Below the pieces are notes generated by a model. That model searched no databases and had not been told where the DNA came from. It saw only the letters and a program-made list of their open reading frames with translations. The position numbers and the translations under genes are program-made. Below, piece by piece: positions 1-11,400 of a DNA stretch of 64,000 nt. Each line of letters begins with the position of its first letter. Position 1 is the stretch's first letter. This DNA comes from Gordius albopunctatus (Eukaryota), in assembly GCA_964276515.1 (NCBI GenBank), contig OZ193909.1:17732001-17796000 (forward strand), written 5' to 3'.

Positions 1-2358
1 TGACCCTTTGCAATAAAACGGTATTCTCAAAGATCGATTTAGTCAGGGCTTACCACCAAATTCCAATGGCCCCAGAGGATATTTCTAAAACCGCCATCAC
101 AACCCCGTTCGGTCTTTTTGAATTTCTTCGCATGCCATTTGGCCTTCGCAACGCTGCTCAGACGTTTCAACGCTTTATGGACCAAGTTTTTAGAGAACTT
201 GACTTTGTTTTTGTTTACCTTGACGACGTTCTCATCGCGAGTTCTTCCATTAACGAACACCACAATCATATTAGACTAGTTTTTGAAAGACTCAAGACTT
301 TCGGTATTAAAATCAGTCAGGATAAATGCGTATGGTGCCAAAACGAAATTTTTTTTGGGACACAAAATCACCCCTCAAGGTTTGTCACCCCTTCAGGACA
401 AGGTGGAAGCAATCCTCAATTTCCCACAGCCTACCTCGATGACTCAGTTGAGACGCTTCTTAGGGATGATTAATTTTTATAGACGTTTTATTCCAATGTG
501 TGCCGATTTACTCAAACCTCTCACCGATATGCTCGACGGTTCAAAGAAGACAATATCCTGCACCCCGGAAGCTTCGACTGCTTTTAACAATGCCAAACTC
601 GCTTTAAGCAATGTCGTGCCTCTTTCCCATCTTCAAAAAGACGCTAAATTCTCAATCACCACCGACGCCTCCAGCTCAGCCGTAGGAGCCGTATTACATC
701 AAACAACTAACGATAAGACGCTGCCTTTAGCTTTTTTTTCCCAAAAGCTAACAAAAACTCAACAACGATATAGTGCATTTGGTCGCGAATTATTAGCAAT
801 ATATTTAACAATCCGCCATTACCGCCATTTTTTAGAGGGTCATGAATTCACTATTTATACAGACCACAAGCCACTAACTTATGCTTTCAGTACACCTATC
901 GACAAATACTCCCCGCGGGAGATTAGACAGTTAGACTATATTTCGCAATATTCTACCGATCTACAATATATAGCTGGCAAATCAAATGTAGTCGCTGACA
1001 CCCTCTCAAGGTCTGAAATTGATTCCGTTGATTTTAAAGACAGGCCTCTAGTTGAAAGGTTAGCTTTGGCTCAGATGGAAGAAAATTCGACATTTCAAGA
1101 CCTAAAGTCTCTAAAAATAACGCAACTTCCTATACCGGGCTCTGATTTGACCGTGCAATGCGACATGACCACAACCTCACCTCGACCACTCGTCCCAACT
1201 TCACTCAGACGCGTAATTTTCGATAACTTCCACAACTTATCACACCCTGGTACGCGTGCAACACTTAAGCTGATTTCACGCCGATATGTTTGGCCCTCCA
1301 TCAATATGGATGTAAGAAAATGGGCCAAATCATGCGTTGCTTGTCAAAAATCGAAAATTCATCGTCACATAAAGGCCCCTTTAGGTACATTTGCTGAACC
1401 AGACGCTCGATTTAGCCACATCCACGTCGATCTCGTTGGTCCACTACCACCGTCAAATGGATATACCCACTTACTCACGATTATTGACCGTTTCACACGA
1501 TGGCCTGTGGCCATGCCGATCCATGACACCTCAGCCCAAACGGTTGCAAAAGCTCTGATCAAGTATTGGATAGCTGACCTCGGAGTACCATCAAGCCTCA
1601 CAACAGATAGAGGTCCCCAGTTTGAGTCCCAATTATTTCGGAATCTCACGCAACTTCTTGGTGTAAATCACATCACAACCACTGCCTATCACCCACAAGC
1701 TAATGGCATGATTGAGAGATTTCATCGACAGCTGAAAAGTTCCTTGATGGCACAAGGTGACACAACCAAATGGGATGAGCTCTTACCATTAATTTTGCTT
1801 GGCATTCGAACCACCATCAAGGAAGACTTAGGTTGCACTCCAGCCGAATTAGTTTATGGCACTACACTTAGACTTCCCGGCGAATTTTTCACGAACTCAA
1901 GTACACCTCACAACGCCTCCGAATTTATTAAAGGCCTAAAACAACATTTTTACCATTTGCCTTTTAAAAAGGTCAGGACACAATCGACAAATGCGGATAC
2001 AACTTCACTTCTTAGGGAATGTAAATACGTTTTTATCCGTAATGATTTCGTTCGAAAAAGTTTGGTGCCACCATATGACGGACCGTTCAGAGTAAAGTCC
2101 AAACATGCTAAATATTTCATTATTGAAAAAAACGGAAAAGCTGACTCAATTTCGATCGAGCGACTGAAACCTGCATATTTAGATACTTCAACTCAGCCGT
2201 TTACGGATACCGAAAATTCAAATCCATCCAAATCTAGGCCTACCGACAAAATCGCTGAACCAGCTAACTCCGACCCAGACCTAACAAAATCAAAAGAAAA
2301 CCCATACATCACATCGAGAGGAAGGCACGTGCATTGGCGCTATAAACTACTACACTAA
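1..2358 (+). mobile_element. Ty3/Gypsy LTR retrotransposon pol (RT - RNase H - integrase), 5' end outside the window, one frameshift near 350
   Basis: RT motifs [23 protein letters not shown] and YLDD; RNase H TTDASS / YTDHKPL; integrase HHCC (HNLSHPG...CVAC), DDE ([27 protein letters not shown]) and GPY/F motif PPYDGPF. Order RT-RH-IN is Gypsy-type. The frame changes in a T8 run at 349-356. Confidence 0.96.
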
Positions 2359-2391
2359 CCACAACTCTCCGAGTGAAGGCCCGATGATAGT

Positions 2392-2774
2392 TGTAGAGGC
2401 TACGAATTTAATTAAAAAACCTCCTTTCGCACGCTACTTTCCCTTGACCCCGTCTAGGCAAATTCTAACACGTTACTTTGGTTAATAGCTCCTCGCTTAT
2501 ACTTTATCATCGCCTGACTTATTCAAATTATTATTCACGCACCCTAATAATAGCTCCTCGCTTATACTTTATCATCGCCTGACTTATTCAAATTATTATT
2601 CACGCACCCTAATCATAAAAGTGAATACATTTAAGTATTTGAATGTCTCGCAATTCACCTTATTATACACACAAATAACCTCGCAGAGATGTGTATATAA
2701 ACGCGATGTTATTAAATAAAGATATTCATTCATTTTTCCATTATCTTTTAACTTAACAGCTCTTTAAACTTAAC
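2392..2774 (+). repeat. Candidate 3' LTR of the Gypsy element, with an internal ~64-bp tandem duplication
   Basis: Starts TGT just after the pol stop. Contains a duplicated block (taatagctcctcgcttatac...caccctaat, ~2483-2613), a TATA-like tatataaa and AATAAA at ~2715, and ends ...taaca. No second LTR or clear PPT is available to confirm the boundaries. Confidence 0.4.
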
Positions 2775-4405
2775 AGCGGACACCCGACCTCCCCCTTTAT
2801 CGAGAAGTCAAAGACTTAATGCCCTAAGGTTCCGATAAAGATATATTTAAAGGTCGAGGCATTTTAAAGTCCAAACAACCATAGGTATAACAAACAATAT
2901 AATTTTCAAACATTTCCTGAAATTTAGCCCATTAATATAATTTATGGCCTGACATCTAGTGCCAGTTCCTGACCTTTGCCCTCGGATCGACTGATTTATG
3001 TGTAAATCAGGGATCTAAAGGGTACGCCATGGCTAGCGGACTTTTTATCCTAGCTCTGCGACGCACCGAGCAACAGCCGCAACCAAAATTATAATTAATT
3101 TATACTAAATTATCCCAAAGTCTTTCATTTTATACCTATACTTTAACGTGCCATTTTACATTTTATCATTTCTCGTGGCGCCCCTTCCAACTTTTATAAA
3201 CGCACTGATTAATCATGAGCAGACCGCCAATCAATAATAAAGAAAACGCGATAAGGGGTTGAAAATTAATAAAACAAATTTTTGTAAACATATATCTTTA
3301 AGTTGTTACAAAAGCAATAACGTTTCTTTAAAAAAAGCCGTAAGTGTGGATGGGTATATGCTCTTTTACCGATTTGTTTTTCTTCGCGTGCCTATATTTT
3401 CCTTTGGTTGACAGTCGGAATCAGGATATTGGGATTTCGCATGATGACTTGTATCATCTCCACGAATTCTGACACCAATATCGTGTTCCCAGAACCGCGG
3501 GAACACGATTTAAATAAAAAAAACGTTTAGATGAATACATAAATTTTTGGATAGCGGACACCACAATGACAAAATTATTTGATAGGATGTGTGTGACCCC
3601 AGCAAGCAATTTAAACCGTAAAATAATTCCAAAGCCCTCAATTTAATCATAAATGTACTTCATTGTGGCACATATTGGGGAAATAAAATATTTGGAGAAA
3701 CTCTTATTACAAAAAAATTATGCAGAAAATAAGATTTACTGGGCTTAAGTAACCCTTATATAATTTTTGAATTTTGTAAATTACTCAAAAACAAAATTTA
3801 TCGTATAAAGAATCCACTTTTTCATATGATTTAAAGAATTTAATGATCCCAATATTCATTTTAGATGATACATATGGCATTAGACTAAATGTTAAAATCT
3901 TTTTGATTTTATGATCTCAAAACTAACCACCCACGTTCATCCACTTTAAGTACTTACAAAAATGGAGAAGGTAAAAAGGAACAATTTAATGGTCTAAGGT
4001 ATGTTTTTAAATTTAACAAAATATTCCTAAAATAATGTTTGAATAGTTTTTTGATAATTGTAATTGAATGCTCCTTATTTTTCCTTTTTAATATTTTATA
4101 TGCCAAAATTTATGTATTATTATGTAGTAAATGTTATACATACCCTCATGGACGTAAGAAGGATTGGATTTAGAGGGGGCAATAATGGTGGAGGGAAAGG
4201 CAAAATGATAATTTTTAGTAATTTTAGCCCCATAATTATATTAAATTTTCAATAATTATTGGATTTAGAGGGAGGGGGGTAATAGCCCCGCCATGCCCCC
4301 CTGGCTATCCCTATGCATAACCCATAAAATATCTTTGGCATGGGCCCAGCTGACACAAATATTTAAGATGGGCGCAAGAGAACCATAGTAGTATTTATTT
4401 ATTTA

Positions 4406-5312
4406 CTAGCTGTGCCCGGCCAAGCGTTGCTTTGGCTCAGTCCTTAAGTGGTTAAATTAGTATAACCTATTAATAAGACTTATCTAAAATGGGGTCATAT
4501 ATGAAATAATAATTCAAATAAATAAAATATCCATAATATTTATTTAGAGCACGAATAATATCACGTCATGCATTTTATGAACCACCCACTATTTTTAGTA
4601 TACATATAATAAGACAAACCAAATGCGAATTCTGTTTTAGTCATCAAATCCCACTAAAATTAAATGTTTTTGAAAAAATTGCTGATTAATGCTGTTACTT
4701 ATTATACAATAATACCATTATTTTATTTTTCTAGTTGCTGATTTATTTGAAATACAATTTTCTTTAAATAATTGATTGAAGGATGGATAATTATTAAAAA
4801 TATGCTTCTATGATCGACCACGTGATAATAAAATTTAAATATTATTCATTTAATTTAAATAGTTTGTTAAACCGCAATATTTTTGACCGTATACTGCAAC
4901 ATTTTTATTATACTTTTAAATATCTAATTCGAGAAAACTTCAGCCTTGTATGTATGACGTCATTATTGTATATGCTGCTATAAATTAAACTGGCCGGGAA
5001 ATGTCCGATATTTTTGAAACTAAAAGGATTTTAGGATTCTGAAAAAGCTATTTTACCCCTGGCTGTCCTGGGCATCTACGGCTAAATTTTTGCGCGAATC
5101 GGGCAGGTACTTTCATAATTTAGCCCTTTTTAAAAACGAAATGTCCGATATTTTTAAAACTAAAAGGAATTTTAGGATTCTGAAAAGGCTATTTTACCCC
5201 TGGCCGCCTTGGGCATCTACGGTTAAATTTTCGCGCGAATCGGGTCGGTAGTTTCAGAATTTAGCCCTTACATACATACACACATACATAGACTTTACTT
5301 TATATATATAGA
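4406..5312 (-). mobile_element. Non-autonomous Helitron (Lep1-like architecture)
   Basis: On the minus strand it starts A|TC-TATATATATAAAG followed by a (TATG)n microsatellite and ends with a GC hairpin (gccaaagc-aac-gcttggc) then CTAG|T. It is inserted between A and T and has an internal ~140-bp tandem duplication (~4998-5268). Confidence 0.8.
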
Positions 5313-5449
5313 TTAATCAATTACTCACCATTTTCTTTGACATATATTACCCTTTATATTATATATATCATTATAAATCGTCACACCAATAAACCAAGAT
5401 TATAAAATAATATGCTATGGAAACAAAATTTTCTCGATTTGGCCGCTTT

Positions 5450-8400
5450 TTAGCACACGATAGGTCGCTGAGGTAGGCAGAGATTGTAAAATTTGGAAGT
5501 CTCCCAAAACTTCGCATTCTTCCAATAACAGCCGCCCTATTAAAAAATTGAAAATAATATCAAATGCAAAAAAAAACACTAAAATTAAAAAAAAATATTT
5601 ACTTCGTCGAGTATAAAACTAAAAACTTTATTTACTTCTTTGAGTATAGATGTTATATCGTCGGGTCCGGTGTAATGGGGATCTAAGATGAGATATTTGA
5701 CTTCTTCTTTCATGGGGTCATATTCGACCCCCAAAATTGTGTGGGCCAATGCTCCCCCTCCTAAAACGTATTTTATTATAATTTCAAGTGTTTTATAACT
5801 CTGGAAAAAATATTTACGAAACTTTTACGTGGTATTAAAGCAAATTTACCTATCATTATGGGAGTTCCTTGCGATTCAAAATGGTATAAGAAAGTATTTA
5901 TATGATCGTTCATCTCTGAACCTGACCTTAGATGCAGGATTCTAGAATCAATCTATAAAAAAAAATAAAAATTTTATCATTAAGAAGACATAATCATATA
6001 TAATCTAATAAGATATTTAGTCAGAAAACACTTACTATTACTACTAGTTCATAGGCGTAGCCATAGGGTGGCTGCTGACTACAGCCCTGCAAAATGAAAT
6101 TTCTTCTGCCCGAGCCCGGCCCGAGAGATTTTTTTATTTCTGGCCCGACCCGATTTTTTAAATAAAATTTTTGAGAAATATATTTTTGAAAATTATTTCA
6201 CCATCTTAATATAAAATGCATTAGATTGTTATTACACGTATTTACAACTAGGATAAGTTTGAAATAAAAAAATTTTCGCTCGTTATAATTTATTCGGTTA
6301 ATCATTTAAAGCTAAAAATTTAACTTTATAATATATATTTTTAACAGTTCAAACAAAAAAACCTTTTAAAATATTTACTTATCTTATTTCTAAAGTTGTA
6401 ACTAACAGCTACTATAAATCTATTTAAATACTTGAATAAGATTTGCAATTCAGGTCAGTTATATAATAATAGACAAGGGAAAAAGCTAAAGTTTGGAAGC
6501 TATATAATGTACGCTGCGTGAAAAATAATTATTTAATATCGAATTTTATTTAAATCCTATTTTATAAGAGATTAATTTGTCTTAGTTCAATTGGGGCTGG
6601 GCTCGGGCCTCGGGTCGGGCCTAATGTGGCGACCCGACCCGAGGCCCGATTATATTATAAGATTTTGGGCCGTGCAAGGCTCTACTGCTGACCCACCCCC
6701 CTAAATCAAAAAAATTCTTCAAAATTTATTAAAATCATGGCTAAAAATTGGAAAAACTATCATTTTGTCCCTCTCTAAATCATTGTTGCGCCCCTCTAAA
6801 CCCAATCCTGGCTACACCCATGTACTAGTTAGATGTCAAAAACAGAAACACTAAAACGAGTCATTTTATGTAGATGTAGATGATGGTAAACTTCATAACA
6901 CCAAACAGTCCCTAGATATTATGGGCAATGACTAAAGAACTTACTTTATAAAAATGTTGAAGGACGTAGGAGACTTCGTTAGAGCCAATCCATTGGGAGC
7001 TACCCACGAAAGATGCATTTTTATCTCCCATTTCATGTAAAGCCTGAAAGAATACGGCAATTTATTAAGGTAAAAAAGCGATAAATTTCAATTATCCATA
7101 TAATAAAAAAATTAGTTTTATACAAGGAATTTTATTATATCAACGTATTTGAAAACATAAAATGGCACCTGCTTGAGCAGCATAAAACGTTGCAAAATAT
7201 AAAAAACGAGAGTTTTTTTTTTATCATTAAATTAGAGCATACCAGGTCGTAGCCAAGGCCCAAGGGGGCAGGGAGGTGCGGCTCACCCCCCCCCTTTAAA
7301 TCGAAAAATTTTTTATTAGTAAATTTATGGCTAAAATTTCAAAAAAATGTCCCCCCCTCAAAAAAACAACATTATTGGCCCCTGTAATCCCAATGCTGGC
7401 CACGCCCACGGAGCATAAATAGTTTAGATCGTTTCTGTTCAAAAAAAGGTAATAAAAAAATCTAGCCCCTAAAATGTACTTGATGTCTTATGAGGAGTAT
7501 GTCGCATAGCGAATTTGAAAATAAAATTTAAATATTCAATATATAAAAATGGGTTAGATATTCAAAAATAGGATTTTTAAGAATAGGATCTAATAATTTA
7601 GATACTTTTTTTGAATAAGAATCAGTTTAGATCCTTCATTTCTCAAAAATAATATCCAGTTCATACTAAAATAAAATACTTAGATTTAAAAATTTGGCAA
7701 GGTAAATCTGGGGAAAATTTAAAATATCACACGCAGCCTATCGTAAAAATCATCCATTTTTTTCAGATAAAAATTTAAAAAGTTAATAGGTTAATAGTAA
7801 TAAAAATGAACTTTTTGAATTTCCAAGTGGTTAGGGGGCCTTGTGGCGTGTATCGAATCGGTAGGTGGCATGACGGAGACGTAAGATTGCATTATAAACC
7901 AGGATGCTATGGTTTGAAATGAACGATAAGCACAACCCCAACCGGAATCATTAGTCCCATCTTGACCGTAATGGTAAAAGGCGTACAACTCTTTAACGCA
8001 TTTCTTTTGGCTTGGCGAGGGGGGGAAGTGTTCGCTAGCAAACTGTTTTTTGTTGGGAGCTAACAAAAAACTAAACATTGTTTTTGAGCGCATGCAAGAT
8101 AATTTAATTTTAAAGACTAGACTAGAGGTCTATCGAGTTTTTTTAACGATTAAAATCTTCCCGACTAACAATTATTATGATAAAATAATACATTTCTCTT
8201 AGGGTTCTTTCGATGTTAACATTATCTTCGGGTAGACTAATTAAAACGAGTAATGGGCCTGCAGGCTAGTGTTATAAAAAAGGTTTGATTAAAAAACCAT
8301 CCTTTGGTCTGGGTGTGTTGAGTCGACTATAAGCAAAAGTCGACCTAACAAAACCCAGCCATTTTCACAACACTAGCCTGCAGTCTACATTAGGTAAGAT

Positions 8401-11400
8401 GTTGCGGGGTAGAACTTAACCCAAATTACTTGAGAAATGTTAAAAGTGTGATTTACGTTTAAAGAAAACCAGTTTATAATCAAGAATTACATGATTAACT
8501 AAAATCTAATATTGATATTCACAAATATCTTCCCGCTGCTCTCCGACACTTTCTACGTGACTTTTACATAAACCACTATTACCTTACCTTTAACTTTATT
8601 ATGGGGCGCAAGGTCTTTCATATAATTATGGGGGTTAACTAGATGCTTCCCATCAAAAAGCATCGGCTGGTGAACGTTAAAATGCTTGATGGCGTTACTT
8701 CTGGTGAACATGGGTTTGCACGGGCTTATACTGAATGCCTCGTGAAACGTTTTACGGGTTTGGCCTATTGACCAAATTAAAATAAAACATTAAATTGGTA
8801 CCGTAACCACTAGAGTTGTTAAATTGCTAACTTTCTTCAGACTTCAGACGCGAGCACGAACACTGAGTTGCTTAATATGCGCGTTAGCACAATATGTGCT
8901 CTCTGTTCGGTGAACTAGGTAGAGCATTAGCATATAAAAATGCTCGAGGATCGAGCAGAAACTCGAGCAGATGGTAGCTGGAGTTGAAGAAAGTTAGCAA
9001 TTTAACAACTCTAGTAACCACAAGAAATTTTATATACAAAACTCCAAATTCAAGCACGTATTTTTTTATAATGCTTGTGAAAACGTGCATTTGCAAAGAT
9101 TTTCATAATAAAAAGAGTTGTTTAAATAAACAATACGCTCATTATAATTATAAGAGCAGTTATTTTGCGAACCAAAAGCCAAAACTGCTCCCTAGATAAA
9201 ATCATTGGTTCATTCGTGTTGAGGTGGACTTTAGGTTCGGGTAAAAATGTAAAAACAAAATTAATCTTTAAACCGGCAATCTCTATTTTTTTCTTTTTTA
9301 TAAAAAATAATATTCTCTTTACTAGATAGTAGGCCTTAAAGCCCATGATTGAGATAAATATTCATGTTTATTTAAATCCAAAAAATTTTACATTTCTCTA
9401 TTTTGGAGACGATTCTATAAAATTTAAAACACAATAACTCAGGCCATTAATAATCAAAGGTTTATAGTGATTTCCTATTTATTGGATTTGATTGGCCCCA
9501 AAAAACGCTAATTTTTTACAATTACCTTTAAGCTTACAAAAAATGATAATACATAAAATTTCAATTAAAACAAATCCCAATCATAAATGAGGCAGTGTCC
9601 TCCTGTTCAGGCAAGAATCAGTAGTGTATATTCAATTTTAAACATATATACATTATCAACTAATATGAAGTCACCCAATTTAGCGTGATCGATGCTGGAT
9701 TCGTAGGAGAGCGTGATTGGGAAATTAAGCTCGCCCGTCCTGGGCCAAAAATGGTAAGGTTGATCCAAGGTTAAAACGGGCGTGGTTGTGCCATTCTTAG
9801 TCCTGAGCTAAAAAGACAAGTCACAAATTGAATCCCTAACTCAATACTATCTGGAAAAGGAAGGGGCTGGCTTTTATTTTGCCCACCTTTGGTCTTAGCC
9901 CAATAAACATAAGCAGCGACCAAAGAGTTGATGGTCTGCTGCTTTTCTTAGTCGTCGTCGCATAAATAGAAATTAGGTCTCTCTATGTCAAGTCGCCTAA
10001 AACCCAAGGCCAACCAATCAAAATCCAGCCCTTTTTACAACAGTATTGTCTGAGATGAGGTGATATTGGGGAAAAAGCATTCTGCTAATCAAAACCAAAA
10101 ATAACGGGAAAAAAGATCCGCTGAAAATCGTGATGATAAAAAACCTCGTCTAAGCGCCTAGACAACGGTAGGGGGTCACTATTTTGTAGGCGATCCCTCA
10201 TCTCTTTAACTTGATGCACCAATCCAGCTTGCAAAGCCAAAGCGATTTCGGATCCCGTGCTTTTGGGGGCAAAATAGTACAGGACATCCAAATGGGTTCG
10301 AAGTAGAGCGATTTTGGCTGCGCTCTTGCACTCGTCATTGTCCCCGCCTTCTGTACCATTCGGCGACGGTCTGCCTTGAGTGCGGCGAGAAAGTTCTTCG
10401 GTAAAGTCCGTAGCAACTTGATAAAAGACATAAATCAGTCGGGCAAAAAAAGGATTACGGAATTTGGGGTCGGACGAGGGCTAAAAATGTAGAGCCAATC
10501 AGCGGTCATTACCTAGTGTATGTGCGAAAGCAAAATGAAAGTTTGATACAACAGATGCAGAAAGTCCACATCCATTAAAAACACGGATAAGGTTGCACCG
10601 CGATTATTCGAAAATTCCAAGTTGGACAGGACGACGGCCAAAAGCGAGCCCGAAAATTGCATAGCAATTAAATAAAATTCTAAATTACCAGCAAAACGCC
10701 TAGCCCCCCCCCCCCGCTTAATTTACAAATGCGTCATGGTACTACTTCCGAATGTTATTGTTCGGTGATTTATTGTAAGGAATATTCGAGTGTGATAAAA
10801 ATCAATTATATAATAATTTATCAAATTTATCACCCTCATACATCCGCGCCAACAAATCCTTAAAAAATATTCCCTACCAGTGTCAAAATCCTGCCGTATA
10901 ATTATCTAAAAATGATCCAATTTGAGCTATTTTCCCCGAAAAAGTGTGATTCAAAATTACCGTTCTAGCCACATTTATAACGAGGTTACCTCCTCTTTCG
11001 CAGTCAAACCTTTGAGGATTATTATGCACTAAAGCGATTCCTTGACCAAACCCAGCTTGGTCAAAAACCAAGTTGCCCACGGTTTTTCCATAGGACCGTT
11101 AGAGAATGGTAAAAAATTATTATTTTACTTCTCCAACCCCAAAAGTCGTCGGGGTGTAATAATGCAACTTTAACATATAAGCATACAACTAAAGTTTAAA
11201 TTTCTACAATCATCCACATTTCAAGCTAATTTTCATTGTGTTCAATCAAAGTGAGATACGAGCATAATTTTACCCTGGTGAAAACAATAACTTTAACAAA
11301 TCTGATATATATACATATATATAATTTAAAGTGAGAGCAAACGATAAAGTATTTGTCAATTTTTAAATTCCAAATGACCTATTTGTTCAACTAACAACGC

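Noticed and set aside
10883..11080. Possible extra UFSP2 exon
   Set aside because: Not needed for phase continuity between 12363 and 10480 and no homology recognised.
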